A DNA stretch of 64,000 nt, taken from assembly GCA_013265495.1 (NCBI GenBank), contig MU058531.1, positions 1,860,911 to 1,924,910 of the forward strand, read 5' to 3'. Both the position numbers and the translations under genes were made by a program. Below the pieces are notes generated by a model, which searched no databases, was not told where the DNA came from, and saw nothing but the letters and a program-made list of their open reading frames with translations. This document shows positions 12,867-25,000 of the stretch, one piece after another. Numbering within the stretch: position 1 is the stretch's first letter; each line of letters starts with the position of its first letter. This stretch comes from Vicugna vicugna. Taxonomy: Eukaryota.

Positions 12867-13986
12867 GTAATTATTTTTTTATTTTTATTTTTTTTAGTAT
12901 TTGCCATGTGGAGAGAAGATTTGACATTTGACAGTGAGTTGAAGAAGAGGTTTTTTAGTCTATGGGAATGATAATTTCCAGTAATTATCTTGCTTTTATA
13001 ATGTTTCATTTGGTATGTAGCAGTACTGGAGCAAACCAGGTTTTAAAACTCATATTTAAAATGTAATTTTAGGCTATGTAAATAGAAGTCTTGCATCCAA
13101 AGTATGGGAGACATGAGTCACACTCTCTTCCACACTGATTTAACATTGAAAAGCTAGAGATGATTCACAAGTGAATCATCATATAGTAGAGGTGTGAATA
13201 CCTGAGGTTAGGAAGCAGTTGAAGGGAAGAGAGTATAGAAGTTTATCTTAGAAAAGGAAGGGAGAGATGGCTGAGTATGTAGATGTCTTTAGATACTTTT
13301 GAGAGATTCTCTTATCTTCCAAAGAAATAGGTTGCAAATGTTTACACCTAGCTTCCCATCATACTACTTGGATGGGAAGATACCCTCCATTATCCTCCCG
13401 TTAGTGGGAGGGTAAACACCAAGTGACCTCTGAGATTCCTTCTGACTCTTAAAAAAGATAATGGTTCTTAATGTATTTGTTACTTTTCTTTTAAATTTTT
13501 GGTGATGGATGGATTGCTCAAGTATTAGGGTTTTGTCTGTTAAGAGAACACGTAGGATTTTAACCACAAGATATAACGTAATTACAAACATTTGAAAATG
13601 TAATGGAAGTAAGAAAAAGTAGATTTAAAAGGGAAAAAATCACTTTTTAGGTTTGATTTATCAAAATTTGTTTTTCTTTATATGGAAACATCACAGTATT
13701 TTTAAACAGATTATAGCTTTCACAACAAAAGGTTTTTTGGGGTTCTTTTTGTTTGCTTAAAGGCTCTCTTACTTTCCTGATAAGGCTTATTCTGGTAGAG
13801 GAGACTTGAAAATTTCCTCCACCCAGAGTATTTTCTCTGTTTTTTACACATTAAAATATAGGCTCATACTTCGGTAATATGTCTCATCTGTGTTATCACA
13901 ATGGGCTTTCCATTAATGTTCCATTTTTAAGTGTAAGGAAATAATCCTAGTACACAAGATAACTGATATTCCTTTCTTATATTCAG

Positions 13987-14128
13987 AACAACGTTTTGGA
14001 ACTGTGGTCATTATTTGATTTCCTCATGCCAGGATTTTTGGGGACTGAACGCCAGTTTGCTGCTCGATATGGTAAACCTATATTAGCAAGTAGGGATGCT
14101 CGAAGCTCCAGTCGAGAGCAAGAAGCAG
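13987..14128 (+). CDS. BTAF1: BTAF1 coding exon (NNVLELWSLFDFLMPGFLG...EQEA)
   Basis: Acceptor attcag, donor gtatga; 142 nt. Confidence 0.95.
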
Positions 14129-14264
14129 GTATGAAAAAAATGATAGAATTATATACTCTGTGCAAGTGATTGTAGTTTATTTCTAATTTTTTGAAGCCCT
14201 TTAATCAAGAAATTAATAAGCATAATCACAATAAAATGGAATAAAATTCTGTTAATAATAACAG

Positions 14265-14395
14265 GTGTTCTCGCGATGGATGCACTGCACCGCCAAGTCC
14301 TGCCATTTCTTTTGAGAAGAATGAAAGAAGATGTTTTGCAGGATCTACCACCCAAAATTATTCAAGACTATTACTGTACTCTTAGTCCTCTCCAG
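14265..14395 (+). CDS. BTAF1: BTAF1 coding exon (GVLAMDALHRQVLPFLLRR...LSPLQ)
   Basis: Acceptor aacag, donor gttagg; 131 nt. Confidence 0.94.
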
Positions 14396-16095
14396 GTTAG
14401 GAATCTGGTGATGGTGATTATGGTTGTTGGTGGTATATGTTTATTAGTAGAGTGCTTTGAATAAGTCAGAAATGTATTGAATAAAGGGCATTAACCTTTG
14501 GTTTTATCACTATAATCTACCTTCCACTTCCCTAGACTTTAGGAATATTTTTCTTCAAACAGGTGTAGATAAAAAACAAAATGCATCTCTTTGGATATGT
14601 TTACACAGACATTTGGGTATGTGCATTTTGAATACAGCATTAAGACAAGATCCAGTATTATAGTTGCTTTCTTATATGTCTAGTTAACTTTAAAAATTGC
14701 AAGGTTAAAATGATAAAGAAGTAAGTCATTGTTTATAAGGGCCAGAAATCTGCCTATGTCATATCCTCACAGCAGCATCATAGGTATTGTCAATCCCCAT
14801 TTTTGCAAATAGGGAAAGTGAAGCTCAGGAAAGTAACTTGCTCAAGGTTGTATAGCTAACATATGTCAGGGCTGTGTTTCAAACCTTGGGAAGTGGGACC
14901 TCATCCCTTTTGAAGTATTATATTGCCAGTAAATTTTCAAAGTAAGTTTTTGTATAGAGAGATCATTATCAAATGAATTTATTGTATGCCTTTCCTTGTG
15001 TAGTTTTTTCTGTAAGGAGAAACTGTCTCTTAGATCTTAAGATGTGACCTATGATCAGAATTTTCTGTTTGAATGTTTACTTTGTGTTCTGGGTTAGTAT
15101 ACATCAGTCTGTTTCAGTATTAGAATTGGTTTACTATGATTTCAAATGAATAAAAGACGTACAGACATACCTGAATACTTAGCTTCTTTCCCCTGCAGTG
15201 TATAGACAGTTATATTTATAGAGTTAGTATTTATCTGTACAACTTGAGTTTAGTGGACAGGACACTAATCTAGATGCTAAAAGCTCTGATCATTTATATT
15301 ATCTGCCTCATCTTTTTGAGCCTCCAGTCCTCATTTGCAAAAATTGGATTAATATTTCTTGAAAGGAAAATTTTAAAGGTAATGAGATGAAGAATTTTTA
15401 AAGAAAAAAAACCTGTGCTGATGATTTTTTTTTTTAAAAAGCCTGTGGTGGTATTATGACAGTGGCATAAAACACACTGAAGTAGTCTGGAGTAAAGGCG
15501 CTGGGGAGGGAAGTGACATTTGGTTTTGTTTAGCATCCACAGGTTTTTATTCTGTGACTTCTCTTCTAGAAAGCACTCTAGATTTTCTTCCCTTTCACAT
15601 TGTTTTAGTATATACAAGGCAGGGACCCAGAACCCAGGGTAATCCTTTAAACTCGGTGTGAGTTCCCCTTTTTGGTAGCAGTGGCATCCTTTTAAAAACT
15701 TGGTCTTTTGAAACATACCTCTAGGGTCTTGACCATATAACTTCATTTAAGGAGGACTTCCTCATTTACTTGTAAAGGTTCAGGCTTTCTTTTATTGGTA
15801 ATATATTTATCTTCTTGAACAGAGTAGAAAAATGGTGTCTAGAACTATTTGACTAGTTTTTTTTTAATATTTTAGCAGCCAAACTTAATGTGTTAACACT
15901 TGCTTTCTAAATGTAATTTAAAAAGAATTTACCAGGATACAGTGAGTGATTTGTAATCAGTAGTGAAATACAGGTATCATAGTTTATTTTCTTGATGAGA
16001 GCTGATATAAATTACTGATTTTATTGTCCTTTGCTAGTTGTTTTGAACAATTGAAAATAAATATACTTACTGCTTTCGTGGGGGCAATTTTACAG

Positions 16096-16221
16096 GTTCA
16101 GCTCTATGAGGATTTTGCTAAGTCTCGTGCCAAGTGTGATGTTGATGAAACAGTTTCTTCAGCTGCACTTTCTGAAGAAACTGAAAAACCAAAGCTTAAA
16201 GCTACAGGCCATGTATTCCAG
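16096..16221 (+). CDS. BTAF1: BTAF1 coding exon (VQLYEDFAKS...TGHVFQ)
   Basis: Acceptor ttttacag, donor gtatag; 126 nt. Confidence 0.95.
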
Positions 16222-16449
16222 GTATAGACTACAATCTACTTTTTAAATGTTGCTGAAGAATGTTTTTCAGTGTAGCAATTTTTACATGGAACACTGAAAT
16301 ATGGGTTTATTTAATTTTTTCAATATTGTGTATATATTCTTGAATAGGTGAAAGTACCATTTTTTCATATTCATAACTAATATTAAAATTAAAGGTACAG
16401 AATGCAATATGTTTGTATATTACACAAAAAGGAGCGTTTTAAAAGAGAT

Positions 16450-16760
16450 ATTTTTGTTCAAAAAATATTTGAACATCTAATTAAAGCAGCAGACAAAAGA
16501 GACCCCTTCCCTTGTAGAGGTGAAAAATGAGTAAGTAAGACATATATCATGTAGAAGAAAATAAAGGCAAGTATGGAATTATATAGTATAGGAGTCAGGG
16601 TAGGTTGTGGTTTTCAATAGAAAGCTCAGGGATGTCACTGAGAAGGAGACGTGAGCAAAGATCTGAAGGAGGGCTGAGGCATGTAGATATGTGGGAGGAA
16701 GTGATTCCAGGCAGAGGATATAAAAAAGTACAGAAGTCCTGAGACACATGATAAATGTGC
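16450..16760. mobile_element. L2 fragment
   Basis: L2-type motifs tgagcaaagatctgaagga and attccaggcagagg. Confidence 0.65.
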
Positions 16761-17625
16761 TCTAGAAAAAAAAAGAGATGGAAAGTATCGACTCACTTTT
16801 TCTTTCCCTTTCGAAATATCCCATCATAGAAAACCTCCAAAACCGCTTGTCACCAATAAATTAAATACTGTAGCATTTTAAAAGCTAGAACAAGGAAAAG
16901 GTGGTGTTTGAAGGCATATACCTGGGTCCACAGTTTCTATCGTAGTTCCCAGCAGTCTCTTGAATCTTGCCAGTGGAGCTTACTAATACAAATCTGTGCC
17001 AAGGGTGAGACCCAAATATAAGCCAAGTAAATGACAAAAGAGAAAAGGTATGGCTGAATCACAGAAGAGGAAAAAGAGACCCTTTAGGGTTATGATTCTC
17101 AAACACAACCACTTAAAACCACCTTAGTTCCACCTTTCCCTTCCCACCTCCAGACCTGCTGAATCAAAATACTGTGTAGAGGGGTGAGATTTACAGATTT
17201 GTAAGGTCCTCAAGAAGTTTTTATACCTACTGAAGTTTGAGAAACCCTTCTTCAGGAAATAATATCTAGTTCCAGAAGCATCTATAAGCATTATCAGGCA
17301 CTTTGGGTGGGATAGGGTTAGCTATAGGAGCTAATAAATAAGAGTTTTCCTGTCATGAGAAGTCCATTGTCTAGTGGGGTGACAGACATAAGCAGTATAA
17401 CTTACATGTTATAAATGCTCTCATAAAAATAAATACAAACTGCATAAGAAGCACAGATAAGGACAACACAGATGAGATAGTTGAACTGGTTCTTGAAGAA
17501 TGAGTGGGAGTAGTGAGGAGAGGAAGAAAGGCATTCTAGATGGACGGAGCAGTACAGAAAACGATACTGAAACATAAATGTTCTTGGCATGTGGAGACTT
17601 GTATATACTCTTTTCCCTCTTAAAG

Positions 17626-17778
17626 GCATTACAGTACTTACGTAAACTGTGCAACCATCCAGCATTAGTCTTAACACCTCAGCATCCAGAGTTCAAGAGT
17701 ACTACTGAAAAACTGGCAGTTCAGAATTCTTCTCTTCATGATATTCAACATGCCCCTAAACTCTCAGCTTTGAAACAA
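17626..17778 (+). CDS. BTAF1: BTAF1 coding exon (ALQYLRKLCNHP...KLSALKQ)
   Basis: Acceptor taaag, donor gtaagt; 153 nt. Confidence 0.95.
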
Positions 17779-17914
17779 GTAAGTCTTTTAAGTGTTAGAT
17801 GTGTGTTGCACATTCCTGATCTGTAACACTAGTAAATTTGCTTCTCTAAGAGATTACCGATGTGTTTATCATTTATTTTAAAGTTTGCTTTGTTAAATTT
17901 TTTATACAGCTTTT

Positions 17915-18980
17915 TTTTAGAAATTGTGGTAAAATATATATAATATGCCATTTTAACCATTTTTAAGTGTACAATTCTGTGGCATTAATTACATTCACAG
18001 TGTAATGTAATCATCGCCACTATTTATTTCCAAAATTTTTCTGTCATCCAACTAGAAACTCTGTACCTTTTAAGCAGTAACTTGCCATTCTCCTTTCCAC
18101 AACCCCTGGTAACCTCTAATCTACTTTGTATGAATTTGCCTGTTCTAAATATTTCATGCAAATGGAATCATTTGTCTTTTATGACTGGCTTGTTTCACTT
18201 ATTTTCAAGGTTCATTCATGTTGTGGCATGTATCAGTATTTTATTCATTTTTATGGCTGAATAATATTTCTCCATTACTACTACTACTATTATTAGTATT
18301 ATTATTATTATTATTACCACCATTACATTTTGTTTATCTGGTCATGTGTTGATGGACAATTGAGTTGTTTCCACCTTTTGGCTATTGTGAACAATGCTGC
18401 AGTGAACATTGGCTTCTAAGTATCTGTTTGAGTCCCTCTTACCAGTTCTTTTAGATACAGACCTAGGAGTAGAATTGCTGGATCATATAGCAATTCTATG
18501 GTTTCACTTTTTCAGGAACTGCCAAACTGTTTCCACAGAGGCTGCACGGTTTACAGTCTTACCAGCTAGGTGCCAGGGTTCCGATTTCTCTACATCCTCA
18601 CCAACACTCACTCTCCTTTTTTTAATTATAGGCATCCTAGTAGGTGTGAAGTGGTATCTCATTGATTTGGTTTGCTGTCCCTAATGACTAATGACGTTTT
18701 TTCATGTACTTATTGGGACATTTGTGTATCTTCTTTAGAGAAATGCCTGTTTAATCCTTTGACCATTGTTTCATTGGATTATTTATCTTTTAGTTGAGTT
18801 TTAGGACTTTATATTCTAGATGTTAAGCTTTTGTGTTAATTTCATCGAGGATCCCTTTTACATGACGAGTCACCTTTCTCTTACTGCTTTCAAGATTCTC
18901 TTTTTGTCTTTGTTTTTCAGTGGTTTGATTATAGTGTGTGTCAGTGTAGATCTATTTGAGTTTATTTTTCTGAGAACTGC
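17915..18980 (-). mobile_element. L1M 3' end with internal (TAC/TAT)n microsatellite, plus a short adjoining L1 piece
   Basis: Canonical reverse L1MA/MB 3' motifs (ttaaccatttttaagtgtacaattc; ggtgtgaagtggtatctcattg). Confidence 0.85.
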
Positions 18981-19261
18981 CTACTCTACCATTTTGCCCT
19001 TGTCACTCTTGGTATAACTTAAAAATGGGATTTTAAAAAATTCTAAAATTGTAAAAGATTAAATTGAAAGAACTAATTTCAAGTTAATGTCAATGTTAAT
19101 ACCTTTTAGTTCTAACTAGCCTTAAAAATTAAGATCTTATTGTAAAATCTGAACTTTAGTTACTGATTTAGCTTTCTCTAAGCTTTTTTAGAAACTGTGG
19201 TGTAATATATATAATATAATAAGCCAAGAGTAGTTACTCTGGCTTAAATTTTGAGAATAAC

Positions 19262-19553
19262 TGGTGGTGTCTACCAGGGAGCTCATTAGAGACTCAGTGC
19301 CTAAAATTTTTATTGGGTCTGATGACATAGATTCCCTCTGCCTAGTTCATACCAAAATTCTAGGCTCCCAGAAAGAAAGCAGGTCTCAGCATAAATCATA
19401 TTTTTTTGCACAACAGTTTAAGCACAGTTAGGGAATGATGAGAAAACTCCCGAAATGTAATTTCCAGACTTCTTTCAGCTAATGGCCAACCTTGCAAGCA
19501 GGACTTTCTAAGAAAAGCAAGCCAGGCCTGCTATATTAATTTTTTCCTGCACA
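19262..19553. mobile_element. MER21-like LTR fragment
   Basis: gctcattagagactcagtgcc...ccaaccttgcaagcagg...ctgcaca, matching the recalled consensus. Confidence 0.65.
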
Positions 19554-20357
19554 ATACCTTGAGAGTTTTACACTGATTTTGGAGTTTGCCTGGATGGGCT
19601 TTTGATTATCTTTCCCATCTGAGCTTTTAGTTTTCAAAGTAAGTTTCATCAGAGAAAGGAGAAAGCATCCTGCACGCATTAAGGTCTTAAATTTTGAGCA
19701 GAGTTCAGTATCTAAGATTGGAGATCTTACGGATAGAGATGACTACTGGGTAAATTGGTTTCCCAAACTGATCTAAATCTGATTCTCTTGGATTTTGTTC
19801 ACTCATTTATTTATTGAATCTGCACTGAACCACTGAAGTGGCAGGAAATAGAAAAGACCTACAGCAGTGTGTTTTTTGCTATTAAAGATTTTGGCCTGCA
19901 GATCCAGTAGTAAGCTCAGGAACCCAGGAGATCTAGTTAGGTGCTTTTGGTTCTCTTCTGTGATTTTGATTGCTGCCAAATTAAGCTGCTCCTTTGTGTT
20001 TCTTCACATTCTAATCTTTCATAACCCTTCATGGACCATTTTGCTTGGGTGTCTTCAGAACTGTCATCATTTTCAGTAACATTCATTGAGGATCTAAGGA
20101 GCCTCAAGGAAACCAAGGAAAGGGGAGAAATGCCTGTTGCAGAATCTCCTGAAGAGGTGACCAGGAAATGCTAAGCCTGAGCACCTCAAAACTAGTTCCA
20201 GGTGCTGCAGGGTGACAGGTTGCAGCCCAAAGTGCTAATCTGCTTTCTAGGTGGTAAGTTAACCTATTCTCACCACAAGAAGAAATAATTTGTTTTGGTG
20301 AGATTGGTTGCTTACTTTTATTGAACACTTGTATAACAATTGGTTCTTTTTTTCAAG

Positions 20358-20569
20358 TTGCTGTTGGACTGTGGTTTGGGAAGTGGCAGCACTTCTGAGA
20401 GTGGCACAGAGTCTGTCGTAGCCCAGCACAGGGTACTGATCTTCTGTCAGCTTAAAAGCATGCTTGATATAGTAGAGCATGATCTCCTCAAGCCTCACTT
20501 ACCCTCGGTCACTTACTTGAGATTAGATGGCAGCATACCTCCTGGTCAGAGGCATTCCATTGTTTCACG
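20358..20569 (+). CDS. BTAF1: BTAF1 coding exon (LLLDCGLG...HRVLIFCQ...YLRLDGS...IVS), motif IV
   Basis: Acceptor tttcaag, donor gtaagt; 212 nt. Confidence 0.95.
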
Positions 20570-21270
20570 GTAAGTGGATCCAAAAACTCCTATAAATCAA
20601 GCTACATCAATGTATATTATTATTACATACACAGAAGTTTGCCTCATGAAATATTTTCTTTGCCTATGTATCTGCAAGTGTGTTTTATTATTATTACATT
20701 TTTAAAATACAGAGCTGCAGAAATATAATTGAATCATTAGGGGAAAAAAGTGAGTGTATTAGGAAAGCACTCTGAAGGGCATGAAAGAAATGTAAGGTAT
20801 TAACAAAAAATAGAGATAACCACTTACCCCTCGCCTATTTTGGGTGGTTGGGGTGGGAGGAAGCAAATAAATGGTTTAGCTAAAATCTTTAAGCCTGATC
20901 CCTATATCTCTGTTGGAAGCTGGCCTAGCCAGGAAGTGGAATTGCTGAGGTCAGTGTTTCTTAGGTGTGATTTGCCCCCTTCTGCTTTAGAAATCTTAGG
21001 GGTTGATTTTTTTAATGCAGATTCCTAGGTTCTGTCCCAGACCTGCTGACTTTTTAAGAGTGAACATTTTTAACAAGCAACCCTAAAAGATTGTTAGACA
21101 CAATACAGTTAGAGACCCATGAAGGGGCTTTGGACCCCGGTTTGACTCCTGACTCTAGTGGCCACTGAAATGTCCATATCATGGGTCTATAAAGCAGTGT
21201 TCTCATTTGTTTCTCATTTGTGCTTTTTGATTTTTATTAAACAATTCAGTTTCTGGTATTGGAACCTTAG

Positions 21271-21615
<345 letters not shown>

Positions 21616-21848
21616 TGATGCAATTAAATTAGGTGCTTGGACTAAGAAAACCTGGGACACTGTCCATTCTTAATATTCTGTGGTCGTCTGCAAACATTTT
21701 AAGCTCATGGGCCCAGGTAAAGAAAACCCAATCCTAAGTCACTAGTAGTTAAGTCCTTAGTACAGGTATGCAAGCCCCCTGACTTGGTGAATCTCAAAGC
21801 TTATCCATTTATTTGTGCTACAGTTGCTTACGTCTTTTTCTCATTCAG

Positions 21849-22019
21849 AAACGTGTGGTTAATGTCTACCGATTGATAACCAGAGGAACATTGGAAGAGA
21901 AGATAATGGGTTTGCAGAAATTCAAGATGAACATAGCAAATACTGTTATTAGCCAAGAGAATTCTAGTTTACAGAGCATGGGGACAGATCAACTCCTTGA
22001 TCTGTTTACTCTTGATAAG
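21849..22019 (+). CDS. BTAF1: BTAF1 coding exon (KRVVNVYRLITRGTLEEKI...FTLDK)
   Basis: Acceptor attcag, donor gtaaag; 171 nt. Confidence 0.95.
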
Positions 22020-23459
22020 GTAAAGAACTTACACAATTTGTTACATCTTAAATGTGTTCCGAGACTTCATGGGACTGCTTAATACTGAAAGTATTAAAAG
22101 GAGCAGCAAGAACCATCACTTTAGTATCAGCTAGATAACCCTTTGAGGGAATTTTTGATGTCCAGATAAAACTCTCCAGGACATAGGGGATATCTGAAGT
22201 TTTGACTTTTTGATTGAAGTCCCCACTGTCTTGCCCCAGGTTTTCTTTCCTTAGTCTACCTGCTAACGGACAGCTATCTCAGGAGTAAGACCTGGGTCTG
22301 CATTTCTTGCCCTGCCTCCTATTAACTGGTGACCTTAGGCAAATTAACTTCTCTGAGCATCTTCAGCCTTGGCAGAACAACAAATGCCTTTATTACTACA
22401 TGGTTGCCAAGATAAAAATGAAATAATGTAGAACTTAGAAAGGGTACCTAGTATAGATTCTTAATAAATAGTAGTAATTTTTGTTATTGTGGATGATGGA
22501 ACTAATACATCAGATAACAATCCATAATCAAAGGATGCACCAACCGGAAATATTGGTCAGTCTAATAATGTAAAACTGACAGGGCTGGATTTAAAGTCCT
22601 GTATAAAATTCAGAAAATCAACTGCACACTCAGTATAAATTATGCTGAGAAATGCAATTAAATTAGTTGTGATAACAGAATTATAGTGTCCAAACCTGAG
22701 AGAAAGTTCCACTCTCCTCTTCATGTGGTTAAGCCACATTTAGAATATTATATCTGGTTCTGGGTGCTGTATTTTAAACCATAACAATTTAGTAAATCCT
22801 CAGAAGATGGCCAGAATGGAGAAGGGTTCTTCAATCATACTGTGTAATGTAAAGTTGAAGAACAAGATTTGTGAAATCTAGAAAAAAGGCTAAGAGAAAC
22901 ACGGACTGCTGCTTCTTATGGGTGACTCTGAGCAAGAAAAGCTGTGCTCCAGGGAACCAAGAGTTATTGCCATAAAGGAACTTACTGGCAAAATTTGAAT
23001 ATGGAATAGATAGTAGAGCATTTTATTATCTCAATATTAAATCTGCTTAATTTGATCTTTGTACTTTGGTTACATAGGAAAATGTCCTTGTTTGGGGGAT
23101 AAAGAGGCACAGTATCTATAACTTACTCTCAAATGGTTTTGGGAAAAAGCAGATAATTTAACTATATATCTAATATATACATTACATGTACACATGTATA
23201 CATACAGAAGAGAGAATGAAAAAACTAATGTGAACCAGTTAACAATGAGTTCTTGAAATTCTGAAATAAAAAGCATAAAATGACAAATTATTAAAGGCTA
23301 TAGGAAAATAGAACAGTCTTATCCTGTGAGATCAACTTTCCCATCACTCTGAAGTGTTTAACTCTGTTGAATAAGTGTAATGTTAGAAATAAGTGATATT
23401 TTAAGGGAAAACATAACTTCTGAAGTTAATCTTTTATCTTTCTGCCAATTTTTCTTAAG

Positions 23460-23603
23460 GATGGCAAAGCAGAGAAAGCTGACACCTCTACTTCTGGAAA
23501 AGCAAGTATGAAATCAATTCTTGAAAACCTGAGTGATCTTTGGGATCAAGAGCAATACGATTCAGAGTATAGCCTGGAAAATTTTATGCATTCTCTCAAA
23601 TAA
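23460..23603 (+). CDS. BTAF1: BTAF1 last coding exon (DGKAEKADT...ENFMHSLK*)
   Basis: Acceptor cttaag; in-frame TAA at 23601-23603. Confidence 0.95.
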   Translation, partial: DGKAEKADTSTSGKASMKSILENLSDLWDQEQYDSEYSLENFMHSLK

Positions 23604-25000
23604 CTATCAAATATTATAAATGCAATTGCTGCTAGTTCAGTAACATTTCTGCTGATATTCAGCAAATTTCAAAGTTTATGGTGAACTTTTAGCTCAATGT
23701 GTAAATAGATCTGAAGAATTTTCAGCATAACGCTGGTTCTTGTTTCACTGGGGGGAACAAGTTATTCTCAAACATTTGCACTGTATTAAATTTAAATGTT
23801 AATGTGAAATGGTTTAAATTTTACATGCTGAATAGCTGCAGAGCAGAGGAACCAAACCAGGTTTACATGTGCTACCATGAGGTGTTCTTACTGGGAACGA
23901 GCCTCCTATCTTACGTAGTCACTTTGTACAGGATAATATCCATGAGTACTTTAGTGTTCATGTACATTTTTTCTTTTAAATAGAACTTGTTTTTTAATGA
24001 TTAAAACTAGGGCTTTTTTTGTATAAAAGCCTTAATGAGCCATAATTTTAAGAACAATGACTACAATATTGGTCACTCTTGGAACATGAAAATCTTAGAC
24101 AATGAATTGAACCAGGCCCTTGGTGGAAACCTTTATATATTTATGCAGAGGCATAGTGTTTTTCAAATCTTTAACATCATTTGTCAACTTTTAAAATATA
24201 TCAACTATTCTAAATACAGGTAATGTTCTATTTAAGGCTATCATAACATCCTATTAAGAGGGTGTTTTTTTAATTTATCTAAGGGCTAGGACATAGCCAG
24301 ATTCAGAGAACATATGTACTCAGTAGGTTTCAATCATATATATAATATATATTTTTCGTAACTATGAACATATACAGTTTTCCAGAAGTAGATTTTACAC
24401 TGTTTAGAACTCCAAAACCTATGGTGAAAAGACTGTTTATTGTAGTAATGCATGACTGAAGCATAAAAGGGAGACAATGATTCCTTTATATACACAAACA
24501 TACATAGTCACACATATCTATATGCACAGATGTACCTGTCCTGCATCCAAAAGGGTGCTTGGTATTGGCACTAAAATCATGTAGTTATACTGGACAGCAA
24601 TAATAACTGGGCACGGAGCTGATTAGTGTTAGAAAAGTGAGCTCAACAGGGTGGGTATATGTATATAGATATGCATGTATGTGTATGTATATAATTTTAT
24701 AAATTTCACACATAAATTAATACATGCCTGTGTGCATATAAATGTATGGGATATATTTGTATATATATGTACAGGTAATAAACACCACCCAGGTTTGTGG
24801 CTGGCCATACACATAGGCATTGGTTTAAAAACCATCAGACCTCAGCTGTAAAATAACCTTTTTTGTTTAAATAAAATTATACTGTTCTGCAGCATTTAGA
24901 CATGGACATGTGTCACATTTCAGTAGCTTTGACAACCATACTGTAACATTAAACATAGCATTCCACAAGAGAATAAAAAATGATTTAAACTGTAAAATAT
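23604..25000 (+). other. BTAF1: BTAF1 3'UTR (end approximate)
   Basis: AT-rich and free of obvious transposons after the stop; AATAAA at 24777, 24870 and 24972; TG-rich element just after 25000. Confidence 0.7.
24972..24977 (+). terminator. Candidate BTAF1 polyadenylation signal (alternative at 24870-24875)
   Basis: AATAAA followed about 30 nt later by ttgtgtgttattt. Confidence 0.6.

Noticed and set aside
14129..14140. Second U12 intron (donor starts GTAT)
   Set aside because: The donor is GTATGA rather than GTATCC, and there is no TCCTTAAC-like branch site.
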